From NCBI GenBank assembly GCA_963771075.1, contig CAVYSE010000028.1:288001-352000 (forward strand): a stretch of DNA of 64,000 nt, read 5' to 3'. Positions 9,764-20,416 of the stretch are shown piece by piece (the stretch's first letter is position 1; each line of letters begins with the position of its first letter). The notes under the pieces are model-generated. The model saw only the letters and a program-made list of their open reading frames with translations. It was not told the origin of the DNA and searched no databases. The position numbers and the translations under genes are program-made. This stretch comes from a candidate division FCPU426 bacterium (GTDB lineage Bacteria > Oederibacteriota > Muellerivitia > Muellerivitales > Muellerivitaceae).

Positions 9764-9930
9764 GGGCAACCTCTTTCGATGAAATAATTAATCCTAAAAT
9801 CCAACCCAAAGCCACTAAGCCATAAAGAAACCAATTTTATTGTTCAAAAAAATTATTCTCTTCTTTGAGTCTTCGTGATGGATGTTGGTTAACTTTTATC
9901 GCAACAGTTTCTTTTGTAAAAAAACAAAAT

Positions 9931-10596
9931 TTACACGTCGGCGGAATATTTCATCAGGTACTCTTCCAGCTTTTCGGTCCGCTCATAACAATTCCGGTAG
10001 GAATCGGCCAAAAAAGCGAAATCCTTGTAGGGCATGGGCTTGTGCTCGATGAAATCCAATATCTCAAAAAAAGTGGAATTGTGGTTTTTCTCAAGAATGA
10101 GAATGAACTCACTGTCCAGGTAGCGTTCATAGGTCAGGATCTTGTCCATGGTCCGGCGGATCCTTCGCTTCTGGTGCTCCAAATACTCGAACCAGTTCCC
10201 GAAACCCAGGTAATCCAGTCGAGTGGAACGGTCGGTCGGGTTAATATTCTTGAAGATCTCCAAAAAATCCTCTTCCTTTAAGTTTTTCATATCGCACTGT
10301 CTCTTGGAAGCCGCCAGGAAGCTGTAAAAAATCCCCTTGGTGTCGCTGATCACCGACGACAAATAAGGGACGATGACCCGGTGGATGTTCTTACTGCTGA
10401 CCCGCTCGGGCAGGTAGATGGTGAGGGTGTAAAACACGAAGGAGGAGATATAGGAGAGGGTGATCCAAAGGATCACCTCGCTGCTATGGCCGTCCGCCAC
10501 ATAAACGAGGAAAGCCAGGGCCAAAAGGGCGATCAAAAACCAGGTCCGGCGAAGGAAAAAGTTGATTTCGCGGATGATTTTTTTAAGGAATTTCAT
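9931..10596 (-). CDS. Hypothetical membrane protein (2 TM plus soluble domain)
   Basis: Long ORF with two N-terminal hydrophobic segments. Confidence 0.6.
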   Translation of the reverse strand: MKFLKKIIREINFFLRRTWFLIALLALAFLVYVADGHSSEVILWITLSYISSFVFYTLTIYLPERVSSKNIHRVIVPYLSSVISDTKGIFYSFLAASKRQCDMKNLKEEDFLEIFKNINPTDRSTRLDYLGFGNWFEYLEHQKRRIRRTMDKILTYERYLDSEFILILEKNHNSTFFEILDFIEHKPMPYKDFAFLADSYRNCYERTEKLEEYLMKYSADV

Positions 10597-10721
10597 GTCG
10601 GTCCCGGGGAAAAGGCGTGGGTTTAGTTTATCGGCTCTCGCGGACCCCATCAAGAACGATCCGCCAATGGACGGCTCGACAGCCTTGAGCGGAAAAAGGT
10701 TTGTGGTAGGATACCCGGCCT

Positions 10722-12329
10722 ATGACCGAACCCGCCCTTGCCAACGAGATCAAGAACGCGATCGCGAAACGCCGTACCTTCGCCATCATCAGCCATCCGG
10801 ACGCGGGCAAAACGACCCTGACCGAGAAACTTCTGCTTTATTCCGGCATGATCCAGACCGCCGGCATGGTGCGGGGCCGCAAGGGCGGCAAGGTGGCCGT
10901 GTCCGACTGGATGGGCATGGAGCAGGAACGGGGTATTTCCATCACCGCCTCGGCCATGCAGTTTCCCTATAAGAACGCCATCATCAACGTGCTGGATACG
11001 CCCGGCCACCAGGATTTTTCCGAGGATACCTACCGCACCCTCACCGCCGCCGATTGCGCCATCATGGTCATTGACGCCGCCAAGGGCGTGGAAACCCAAA
11101 CCCGCAAGCTCTTCGACGTCTGCCACCTGCGGGGCATCCCGGTCATGACCTTTATGAACAAGATGGACCTGCCCGGGCGGGACCCGCTGGACTTGATGCA
11201 GGAAGTGGAGCAGGTCTTGAAGATCCATTCCTCCGCCATCAACTGGCCCGTGGGCACGGGAGGGATTTCAGGGGCGTCATGGACCGGCGCACCCAAGAAT
11301 TGCTTTTGTTCTACCAAAATTTCCGTCGGCGGCGCCGCCAAGGGCTGCCGTGGACCGAATGTCTCTCCAAGACCCGACGCTGGAAGACCCGTCTGTACAC
11401 CCGAACTGATTGAAAAGCTGCGCCACGACCTGGAACTGCTGGAAGTCGCGGGAAACCCCTTCAACGACGATAAATTCTTGAACGGTGAAGTCACCCCCGT
11501 TTTTTTCGCCTCGGCCCTGAACAACTTCGGGGTGGAGCCTTTCTTCGACGCCTTCGTGGAAATGGCGCCCCCGCCCGGCGCCCGCACCGCCGACACCCCC
11601 GAAGGCGGGCGAAATGACCGTGGACCCGGTGGATACCCCCTTCTCGGCCTATGTGTTCAAACTGCAGGCCAACATGAACCCCAAGCACCGGGACAGCACG
11701 GCCTTCATGCGGGTCTGTTCGGGCCGATTTGAGCGGGACTTGGTAGTGAAGCACCACCGGTTGGGGAAGAGAACTGCGCCTTTCCCGCCCCCATTCCATG
11801 CTGGCTTCCGACCGCAATACCCTGGACGTGGCCTATCCGGGCGACATCGTGGGCGTGATCAACCCGGGAGTTTTTTCCATCGGCGATACCTTGTCACTGG
11901 AAGGCGGGTTCAATTTCAAACCCCTTCCCCAATTCCAGCCGGAAATTTTCGCCCAAGTCCGGCCCAAGGATGTTTCCAAGCGCAAATCCTTCGACAAGGG
12001 AGTCCAGCAGATGACCGAAGAAGGCACGGTGCAATTATTGAGGAGTTGGAGCGATCTGGATTTTTACGTGGCCGCCGTGGGGCGTCTGCAGTTTGACGTC
12101 TTGCAGTACCGGTTGAAAAGCCGAGTACGGGGCGGAGACCCAGTTGGAACTTTTGCCCTACCAATCGAGCGCCTGGCTGGTGGGCGATCCGGAAACCTTC
12201 GACCCGCCGGTGCAGGTGCTCAAAACCCGTGACCGCCGCGACCGGCCCGTGATTCTTTTCAAGACGCCCTGGGACAAGGAATACACCCAGCGCAAATGCC
12301 CGGACCACAAACTGGTGGATATGGGATAA
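10722..12329 (+). CDS. prfC: Peptide chain release factor 3; several frameshifts (likely sequence errors)
   Basis: '[16 protein letters not shown]', '[14 protein letters not shown]', '[13 protein letters not shown]', '[10 protein letters not shown]' spread over successive frames. Confidence 0.9.
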
Positions 12330-12579
12330 GGACGGTTAAATTCTGAACACGGCGGGACCGTCTTGGACGGCCGGGGGAACCCCGGCCTGGGGGGAACAGC
12401 TTAATGCTCGACGACGTCAAACGGCGCTGTTTGGCTCGGATCACGTTGCGCTCGCACCAACAGGACAGGCAATGGTGCGATCCCAGTTCATCCACGAAGA
12501 TGCTTCCGATTTCACCGACCTACGGCAGGCGTCACACTCAAACAACGGTTCTCCTTTGGGCTTTTTCCGTTAATAACAT
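12259..12579 (-). CDS. Zn-ribbon microprotein, paralogue 2 (apparent compensating indels)
   Basis: ATG 12579 is in frame with ORF 12259-12495; reconstructed MLLTEKAQGEPLFECDAC..VGEIGSIFVDELGSHHCLSCW. Confidence 0.5.
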
Positions 12580-12751
12580 GTATTTCCTTTTTTTCCTTGG
12601 TCTTTTTCTCCGACCGTTTCATATCGTTCAGGCAATTCCAGCAATGGTAGCTGCCGTCATCCTCGACGATGTCGGTGAAAAGTTCTCCCACGTGCTGACA
12701 TCGGTCGCATTGGAACAAGACGCTTTCCGAGAATTGGTCCAGTTTCAGCAT
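12512..12751 (-). CDS. Zn-ribbon microprotein, paralogue 1 (CxxC-x18-CxxC); 3' end uncertain
   Basis: GGAGG RBS; MLKLDQFSESVLFQCDRC...HCWNC. Confidence 0.6.
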   Translation of the reverse strand: MLKLDQFSESVLFQCDRCQHVGELFTDIVEDDGSYHCWNCLNDMKRSEKKTKEKKEIHVINGKSPKENRCLSVTPAVGR

Positions 12752-12843
12752 AGCGTCCTCCAAGACACCATCAGGATCAAGCGTTGGGTAGGTGTCGAAG
12801 GAGCGTCGGGTCGGTGTGGTTGAGAATTATTGTCGGATAAGGA

Positions 12844-12883
12844 TGTTAAAAAATTGTTACACACAGGATGGAAACTTGTTACA
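12844..12883. promoter_or_regulatory. Candidate OmpR/PhoB-type direct-repeat operator
   Basis: TGTTAAA (12844), TGTTACA (12855), TGTTACA (12877): 11- and 22-bp spacing. Confidence 0.4.
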
Positions 12884-12939
12884 AAAGGCCTCAAGCTACC
12901 CGGGTTGGATAGGGGGCTTGAACCCAGCGAGCGAGTACC

Positions 12940-13254
12940 TTACTTGGCGTAGAATCCCACCGATGTAATAATCCGGCGGGCCGAAAGTGCCGGGCCGGGC
13001 GGTGGCTGCAAAGGATGGTTCCCGGTGGGAAAGAAATAACCCCATTCATTTCGGCAGGTATTTTGCGGGTAATAGAAGCGGTATTTGGAAACGTCCTCGT
13101 GGGTCACCAAATAAAGGATCCGCCCGGTGGAGTGATAGGGCATGGTTTGAGTGGCGTTATAGGTAGTTACCGTGTGGTAAGGCCATTTCATGTCAAAGCG
13201 GGTCGAGGTGGTAGTGCTGGAAATAACCTTCATCGGCGGATCGGCCCAGGCCAA
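12940..13254 (-). CDS. Hypothetical secreted protein
   Basis: ORF preceded in frame by signal-peptide-like KKALALFLFLPGSSLAWA; start uncertain. Confidence 0.45.
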   Translation of the reverse strand: MAWADPPMKVISSTTTSTRFDMKWPYHTVTTYNATQTMPYHSTGRILYLVTHEDVSKYRFYYPQNTCRNEWGYFFPTGNHPLQPPPGPALSARRIITSVGFYAK

Positions 13255-13423
13255 CGAAGACCCAGGAAGGAAGAGGAATAACGCAAGGGCTTTTTTAAAT
13301 CACCGGCTGTCTCCGGCAGGGATACATCCCATTCTAGATTGACCACCCCATCTTAAAACCTAACGGCACAAAACATAAAGACTGAACCACAAGTTTTGAC
13401 CTATTTTTCAATGATTTACGATA

Positions 13424-14714
13424 TCAATGAAAGTTAAAAATCTCATTGAGCGTCGGATGGGGGTGGACGACCCTTTTCAGTTCTTCCAAAAGTAATCCCC
13501 TTCGAAACCATCAAACAAGCCTCCCCGATCAGGTCCGTGGCCTCGGGACCCACGAATTGAACCCCCAGGATCCGCCCCGAGCCTCCTTCGGCGATGACCT
13601 TGCCCCAACCCTGGATCTCTCCCAGTATCCGGGCCTTGCTGTTGGCGGCGAAGTTGTTTTTATGGACTATGACATTGGGATAGACCCCCCGGGCTTCCTT
13701 TTCGGTATATCCCACCGAGGCGATCTCAGGCGAGGTGAAGACCACATGGGGAACCTTGTGGTCCTCCATGGATTCAGCGTGTCCCTTCCCTTCTATATCC
13801 TGAGCCGCGAGCCGGGCATGCTCATAAGCCGTATGGGCATAGGGATAGTTGCCCGTCAAATCGCCGATGGCATAAACCCCCGGAAGGGAAGTTCGCATTT
13901 GTCCGTTGGTCTTGATCTTGGGGCCTTGTTTTTCCAACCCCAAGGCGGGTAATCCCGCCAAGTCGCTGTTAGGCACCCTTCCCGCCGCCACCAAAACCAG
14001 TTCCTCGTTTTTCCTTTCCACCTTGGGCAATCCCAACTCGATCTCCACCCCAAGTTTTCGCAGGGCGTTGATCAAATGCTGGGCCGCTTCCTCATCCATG
14101 GTTGGTAAAACCTGGGAAAGCACATCCCCCACCCTCACCTTCACGCCTAGTTGGGCGTAAAGGCATGCAAATTCCAAACCAATAACCCCCGCGCCGACGA
14201 TGAGGAGGGATTGGGGAAGCCGGGGCTGGGTCAGCAATTCATCACTGGTCACGATGAACTCCCCAACCGGGAAATCGGATAGCTGACGGGGCCGGGAACC
14301 CAGGGCGAGGATCAGGAATTTCCCTTGGTATTCCTCTCCCTGGCATGCAACCAGGTCCGGGGCTTTCACCATCCCCTCTCCCTGGATGACTTCAATCTTG
14401 GAAGCCGCCAACTGGGACTGGATGCCCCTTTCAAGGATGGAAATGGTTTTTTGGGACCGCTCGACGAGCGTTTGGAAATTAAACTTCACGTTTTCCGCCT
14501 CGATGCCCCAGGCCTTTCCCTCCTTGGAAAGAAGGTAGAAACGGGCCGCGGCGGACTGGAGCAGTTTAGTTGGGATACAACCGACATGAAGGCAGGAACC
14601 GCCGATTTTCTTCTTCTCGAACAGGGCCACGGTCTTGCCCTGGCGGGCCAGCCGCAAGGCCGCGCTGTAGCCGCCCGGGCCACCTCCCAACACCAACGCG
14701 TCGTATTTTTTCAT
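13424..14714 (-). CDS. lpdA: Dihydrolipoamide dehydrogenase; one frameshift near 13490
   Basis: GGGPGGY, redox-active 'GGSCLHVGCIPTK', GAGVIG; C-terminal HPHPTLNE recovered in an alternative frame. Confidence 0.92.
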
Positions 14715-14788
14715 GGGGTCCCCCGCTGGATGACAAGCGGGATTAGTTTCTCAAACCCGGGAGGGGAAGGCACCTGGAAAATCACTCC

Positions 14789-15472
14789 CTATTGGGTGAA
14801 GACAATGCCTTCTTCCTCGAAAGAATGGCGGATACCCCTTTCCAAATTTTCTTGGCTGACGGGGTCCAGGACCGGGTCCTCGTTCAAACCCGTCATGTTG
14901 TCCAATCCGGATCCGGGAAAGGCCTTTTTCCATTCATCCGCCACCCGAAGGAGTATGACGCCCTGCTGGAGAAAAACTTCCCCCCTGCGGGCTTGGGCCC
15001 CACCCGCCACTTTCTTCCCTTTCCAGGTTAACTCGGCCTGGCTGGGTGCCGAGAAACAATGGGGATCCCCCAAGCCCAAATGTTTGTCCTCGCTCATGCA
15101 AACATCCCTGCCAAGGGATTGGATGCCTCTGGCCAGGATCTTCCCGATCCGGCAGTAGCTTTCGATCAATGCGCCTCCGACCACCGGATCCTGTTTTGAA
15201 GCAAGCAGGGCATAACAAAGGTCCCCCGGGCCATGAAGAACCCCCCGCCCTCCCGTGGGCCTGATTTCATGCGGAAAGGGAAGGCGTTGAACTCTCAACC
15301 GCCGAGCCTCCAAACGACCCAAGGTGAGGGTAGGCGTTGGAAAATTAAAAAATCGAAGGATGGGCGGGTCTTCCGGATGGAAATCGGTGAACAATTTCCC
15401 GTCGTAATCCATTTGCCCCATGGATGGGACAAGGTTGGATGGAATATAGCGCCATGGTTTCATGCGGGGCAT
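14789..15472 (-). CDS. Lipoate-protein ligase family (LipM/LplA-like octanoyltransferase)
   Basis: 'LRFF', 'LTLG', 'RPTGGRGVLH', 'CF', 'GKKVAGGAQ', 'LQQG'; adjacent to lpdA. Confidence 0.85.
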   Translation of the reverse strand: MPRMKPWRYIPSNLVPSMGQMDYDGKLFTDFHPEDPPILRFFNFPTPTLTLGRLEARRLRVQRLPFPHEIRPTGGRGVLHGPGDLCYALLASKQDPVVGGALIESYCRIGKILARGIQSLGRDVCMSEDKHLGLGDPHCFSAPSQAELTWKGKKVAGGAQARRGEVFLQQGVILLRVADEWKKAFPGSGLDNMTGLNEDPVLDPVSQENLERGIRHSFEEEGIVFTQ

Positions 15473-16214
15473 TTTAAGTTTGGAAGGAACAAATGGGAAT
15501 CAGAACATTGGGGTCAGGTCTTCATTTTATATTATCTATCCGGGCCTTGAACCTCGCCTCTCCCTCCATCCTCTTCTTTACCATCGCTATCCGGTTCCCC
15601 ACGGCCGAATATTTTACACCAAATTTTTCCGCGATCTCTTTCAGGCTCATCTGTGCTCTTTTTCGTAGAAGGTACATACCAACGTCCCTCGCCTCGTTGG
15701 CCTTGTGGAACTTAGTCGTGATTTCCTTTTCCTCAACCTTATATGCTTTCGAGACCTTTTGGATAACATCTTCCGCCGTATGTTTCTCGATCCGATGGTG
15801 TTTCATCGGTATTTCCGGGTCTTTCTTATCCAACAACCCCTTTAATTTCTCCTTTAGACCCTCACCCCCGTAATAAACCCCACCCTCCATCTTTTCCCAT
15901 GGCGATTCCTTTTTTCGCAACCCTTCCAATACGAACTTCCGATAGGCTCTTTGGGCTTGCTTGGATTGCCTGCCAAATTGCCCCAATACCCAATCCACCT
16001 CAAACCAAGGTTCTTTCTTCTCGATCCCGGCCGTCGCCCGATAGCTGCTCCACTTCCATTTCCGGGGATGTTTCACCAACCGCGCTCTTACCGGGTTCAA
16101 GACCACATATCGGCACAACTCCAACAAATGGGTTCCCTTTTCCACGTGGATCGCCTTATAACGGCCTTGAAAGAGATGCCCTACCCGGTTATTCCGTCGA
16201 TTGAATTTCTGGGT

Positions 16215-17627
16215 CACTCTTGTCCTAAATAAAGGACTAAAAAAAGACACCTCCGACTGAAGTAGAATTGGGTTAGTCGACAAGCCCAAAGCGACGGTTA
16301 CCAGCCGTCGCTACTTCAAACATCCGGAGGCGTATTTCGATGGTACCACCAACCAGTCTTTTTGCCCAAGTGTTGAAAATTGTGGATCGCACGGCTTTTG
16401 AACGAATTGTGCGGGAGTTTGAAGCCGAAAAACACGCCAAGGGGTTCAGTTGCTGGAATCAGTTTGTTTCCATGCTTTTCTGCCAGATGGGAGCCGCCCA
16501 TTCCTTGAGGGAAATCTGTGGTGGCCTCCACACGGCCCTTGGGAAATTGACCCATTTGGGTCTTTGCGAAGCACCCACTAAATCCACCTTGGCTTACGCT
16601 AACGCCAACCGTCCTTGGCAGGTTCAGCAAAGTCTTTTCTACCATCTGCTATCGAAGTGTCAGCTACAGGCGGCCATCTCGAAGAGGAAATTCAAGTTCA
16701 AGAATCCCCTCTACAGCCTGGACTCCAGCACCATTGATCTTTGTTTGTCAGTCTTCGACTGGGCAAAGTTCCGTAGGACCAAAGGGGCCATCAAACTCCA
16801 TCTCTTGCTGGATCATCAGGGATACTTGCCCTGCTGGGGACTCGTAACGGAGGGAGGCGTGCATGACGTGAAAGTGGCTCAAAAGCTGGATTTTCCGGTG
16901 GATTCAATCGTAGTGATGGATCGGGGATATGTGGATTTCTTTCTTCTGGCCCGATGGACGTTCCAAGGCGTGTGGTGGGTGACCCGTGCCAAGATCAACA
17001 TGGCCTACGAGGTGGTGAAGAACCTGCCGGTTCCGAAAACGGGCAACGTCCTGAAGGACCAAGTGATACGGTTAACAACGTTTCGGTCACAGGAAGCCTA
17101 CCCGAAAGAGATGCGACGAGTGGTGGTATGGGACGAAGACCAGAAGCGGGAACTCGTATTCCTTACCAACCACATGGGTTTTGCTGCCTCGACGGTGGCG
17201 GCCATCTACAAGGAACGTTGGCAGATCGAGTTGTTCTTCAAGGCTCTCAAGCAGAACTTACGGGTGAAGACTTTCGTAGGGACCACTGAGAATGCTGTTC
17301 AGACGCAGATTTGGACAGCATTGATTGCCATGCTGCTGTTGAAATTCCTTCAACTGAAGAGCCATATCGCCTGGAGCCTGTCCCACTTGGCGGCCATGCT
17401 GCGGATGAATCTATTGACCTACCGCGATTTGTGGGCTTGGTTGGATGCACCATTCCTGGTGGCGAGATTGGAACCGGCGGAAAAACAGATGGAATTAATA
17501 CCCTCGTGATTTGGACAGCATCCGGACGAAAGGGGGGGGCTTATCCCTGGAAATTCACAAACCTGTCCAAAATCGCTTGTTTTTCTTGGGGGGCAGCGGT
17601 CAGATTGAGTTGTTTAGGATAGCAGTG
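16215..17627 (+). mobile_element. IS4-family insertion sequence, 1413 bp
   Basis: 9-bp target duplication TTTCTGGGT (16206-16214, 17628-17636); TIRs CACTCTTGTCCTAAATAA / CACTGCTATCCTAAACAA (14 of 18 match). Confidence 0.93.
16340..17509 (+). CDS. IS4-family DDE transposase (DUF4372-type N-terminus)
   Basis: 'DSSTIDL', 'IKLH', 'MDRGY', YREK motif 'YKERWQIELFFK'. Confidence 0.95.
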   Translation: MVPPTSLFAQVLKIVDRTAFERIVREFEAEKHAKGFSCWNQFVSMLFCQMGAAHSLREICGGLHTALGKLTHLGLCEAPTKSTLAYANANRPWQVQQSLFYHLLSKCQLQAAISKRKFKFKNPLYSLDSSTIDLCLSVFDWAKFRRTKGAIKLHLLLDHQGYLPCWGLVTEGGVHDVKVAQKLDFPVDSIVVMDRGYVDFFLLARWTFQGVWWVTRAKINMAYEVVKNLPVPKTGNVLKDQVIRLTTFRSQEAYPKEMRRVVVWDEDQKRELVFLTNHMGFAASTVAAIYKERWQIELFFKALKQNLRVKTFVGTTENAVQTQIWTALIAMLLLKFLQLKSHIAWSLSHLAAMLRMNLLTYRDLWAWLDAPFLVARLEPAEKQMELIPS

Positions 17628-17944
17628 TTTCTGGGTATAAACACCATTCAGGTGCCGTATGGCCCGTGACAAGTTGGCTTCCGGCGTCTCCACCAACAAG
17701 TGGTAATGATTATCCATCAATACCCAGGCATGGCACATCACATGATGATCCTCCACGACTTGGGCCAATACCCACAAAAACAATTCCCGGTCCTTATCCG
17801 ACCGGACAATGTTTTTCCGCTCGTTCCCCCGCGAGGTAACGTGATAAACAGCGCCTTCATAATGCACTCTTAACGGTCTAGCCATTTGCGGATCTTATCA
17901 CAAAGATAATATAAAATGAAGACCTGACCCCGTTGTTCTTTATT

Positions 17945-18589
17945 ATAAACCCCACCCTCCATCTTTTCCCATGGCGATTCCTTTTTTCGCAACCCTTCCA
18001 ATACGAACTTCCGATAGGCTCTTTGGGCTTGCTTGGATTGCCTGCCAAATTGCCCCAATACCCAATCCACCTCAAACCAAGGTTCTTTCTTCTCGATCCC
18101 GGCCGTCGCCCGATAGCTGCTCCACTTCCATTTCCGGGGATGTTTCACCAACCGCGCTCTTACCGGGTTCAAGACCACATATCGGCACAACTCCAACAAA
18201 TGGGTTCCCTTTTCCACGTGAATCGCCTTATAACGGCCTTGAAAGAGATGCCCTACCCGGTTATTCCGTCGATTGAATTTCTGGGTATAAACACCATTCA
18301 GGTGCCGTATGGCCCGTGACAAGTTGGCTTCCGGCGTCTCCACCAACAAGTGGTAATGATTATCCATCAATACCCAGGCATGGCACATCACATGATGATC
18401 CTCCACGACTTGGGCCAATACCCACAAAAACAATTCCCGGTCCTTATCCGACCGGACAATGTTTTTCCGCTCGTTCCCCCGCGAGGTAACGTGATAAACA
18501 GCGCCTTCATAATGCACTCTTAACGGTCTAGCCATTTGCGGATCTTATCACAAAGATAATATAAAATGAAGACCTGACCCCGTTGTTCT
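17945..18589 (-). pseudogene. Near-identical tandem copy of RAYT 5' part plus IR, truncated after EGGVY
   Basis: 650-bp offset duplicate (start 18535 vs 17885); lacks the IS; IR at 18554-18581. Confidence 0.85.
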
Positions 18590-18596
18590 TTTTTTG

Positions 18597-18761
18597 CTCA
18601 GGGAATATATCGCCCATTTTCACGCCGAACGCGTTCATCAAGGGCTTCAAGCCATCCCTTTCCCATCGCCTGAAACCGACAGGGGCAGTCCTAAAGGAAG
18701 AATATTACGCCGCCAACGTTTAGGCGGCTTGCTCAATTTCTATTACCGGGAGGCCGCATGA
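18597..18761 (+). pseudogene. C-terminal remnant of an integrase-core (rve, IS481/IS3-like) transposase
   Basis: Translates LREYIAHFHAERVHQGL...RRQRLGGLLNFYYREAA*. Confidence 0.7.
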
Positions 18762-18889
18762 CCTCGACGGAATTTTTGCACCATAAGGCGTAGGCATTCC
18801 CACACCAAAGGCCACGCCCTTGATCATGGCCAATATCAAAATCAGTACCAAACAATTCATGTTTCCTTCTCTGCTTCGCAAACTAGTAA

Positions 18890-19639
18890 TCAACAATCAA
18901 ATGAAAACTCTTTCAGTATTTCAGGGGCATCTATTTCGTTAAATCTTTTTATGAGATACATGGTTCTCTCAATCAACGCGGGAACGTCCTCAGGATAAAG
19001 ACTACCCGGCCATTCAGAAGCCACCGAAAGGGCATATTCATATCGAAAAATGTACTTTATTTGTAGATCTTTTTTGTAAGAAATATCGAAACAAAGGAAA
19101 TCCGAATCATAATGGCTTAAAGTTAAATCTGTTCGAACCATCCACTCTGCTATGGCCCTTTCAAAGAAAATTTCACCAGGGTCGAAACGCTTTTCCTTTT
19201 CACCGAAAAAGGTTCGACATCTTTCAAGTAACGGCTTCTTAAAGAGATTGACCATATCGGCTTTTTTTATTTTTCTATCTTGGGCCATTCTTTCGGGCTT
19301 AATACTCTCCAGATATAATTCGTGTTGGATTTTTTTTGTCTCCAGCTCTATTTCTTCGATTTTTTTTTGTTCAGAGGCGTTTACTAGTTCTTCCATTTTT
19401 GACAATATTTCTTTGTAACATTCCTTGAGCGAAGCCATGATCAAAAGGTCGTATTCTTGTTTAGACCCTTTTTTAGCTAAATTAAGAATAGCCTTGGCAC
19501 GGCTGTCTCTAAACCCGGAAAGCAATTGAAAATCTTCCGAACGATCTTTTAGCAAGGCCCAACGGGCCCAATTATATTCCCTAATACTAAAACGTTCTTC
19601 GATTACTAATATCTTTTCATTTGAAAGCGACAATGTCAT
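18890..19639 (-). CDS. AT-rich hypothetical protein (possible orphan immunity protein)
   Basis: 249-aa ORF, AAGGAG RBS, visibly lower GC than flanks. Confidence 0.65.
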   Translation of the reverse strand: MTLSLSNEKILVIEERFSIREYNWARWALLKDRSEDFQLLSGFRDSRAKAILNLAKKGSKQEYDLLIMASLKECYKEILSKMEELVNASEQKKIEEIELETKKIQHELYLESIKPERMAQDRKIKKADMVNLFKKPLLERCRTFFGEKEKRFDPGEIFFERAIAEWMVRTDLTLSHYDSDFLCFDISYKKDLQIKYIFRYEYALSVASEWPGSLYPEDVPALIERTMYLIKRFNEIDAPEILKEFSFDC

Positions 19640-19785
19640 TTCTCCTTATATACCACCTTCAACTGCTAATCCTTGGGCAACCACAGTTTCTCCCTCCAAA
19701 GCCGTCATTTCCGCCTGCGTATATTTTGCAATTAATCTAGAAATTGCCGAAAATTCAAATAAATTCCCAGCACCACCCGCTTCAA

Positions 19786-20109
19786 GAACATTGGGGTCAG
19801 GTCTTTATTTTATATTATCTATCCGGGCCTTGAACCGCGTCTCTCCCTCCATCCGCTTCTTTATTATCGCTATCCGGTTCCCCACGGTCGAAGAAGAAAA
19901 AAGGCGCCTGGCCAATATTCAACACTTTAAGCCGTTCATTCCCCTGGAACATTGGGGTCAGGTCTTTATTTTATATTATCTATCCGGGCCTTGAACCGCG
20001 TCTCTCCCTCCATCCGCTTCTTTATTATCGCTATCCGGTTCCCCACGGCCGAAGAAGAAAAAAGGCGCCTGGCCAATATTCAACACTTTAAGCCGTTCAT
20101 TCCCCTGGA
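19786..20109. repeat. Two tandem 161-bp units, each RAYT IR + RAYT 3' end + ~60 bp unrelated sequence
   Basis: GAACATTGGGGTCAGGTC starts at 19786 and 19947; first ~100 bp match 15503-15607. Confidence 0.9.
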
Positions 20110-20416
20110 GTCATTGATCATCGTACTCCTGAAATCTCCCTGGCGCCCTTCAGGAAATCAGTTTACAGTTCGCCCCAATAGCTCATGGCAATTGGGATCA
20201 CCAAACCACGCCTCTCACCTTGAAGGTTCGAGGCAGGAGACAGTTCGCAGCCCATAAACGGCAGAAAAACTGCAACATTATTGACCGATTTTGACCCTTT
20301 AGGCTTGTTCCCCACCCAAAAATTCGCTTTCAGTCAATTTTCCAATTGAAACAAGAAATGGGATCGATTTATTTTAAAAACCAAGGGCACCCATTTCTGA
20401 TTCGGAAATGGGTGCA

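Larger units (their letters stand above)
15522..17885 (-). pseudogene. REP-associated tyrosine transposase with C-terminal DnaA-like HTH, split by IS4
   Basis: 'YHVTSRGN', HUH 'MDNHYHLL', 'GHLFQGRY', 'RYVVLNP', 'WSSY'; halves join exactly at the IS target site. Confidence 0.9.
15502..17939 (-). mobile_element. RAYT element bounded by terminal inverted repeats, interrupted by IS4
   Basis: Perfect 28-bp IR GGGGTCAGGTCTTCATTTTATATTATCT (15510-15537) / AGATAATATAAAATGAAGACCTGACCCC (17904-17931). Confidence 0.8.

Noticed and set aside
9770..9930. Glycine riboswitch upstream of gcvT
   Set aside because: AT-rich leader without the GGAGA/CCGAAG/CTCTCAGG aptamer motifs.
10722..13500. Frameshifts in prfC and lpdA as pseudogenisation or programmed recoding
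   Set aside because: Multiple single-base indels in unrelated housekeeping genes with otherwise intact motifs; programmed frameshifting is known for prfB, not prfC. Sequencing error is the simplest explanation.
19786..20109. CRISPR array
   Set aside because: Only two units, with near-identical intervening sequence; derived from the RAYT end; no cas genes.
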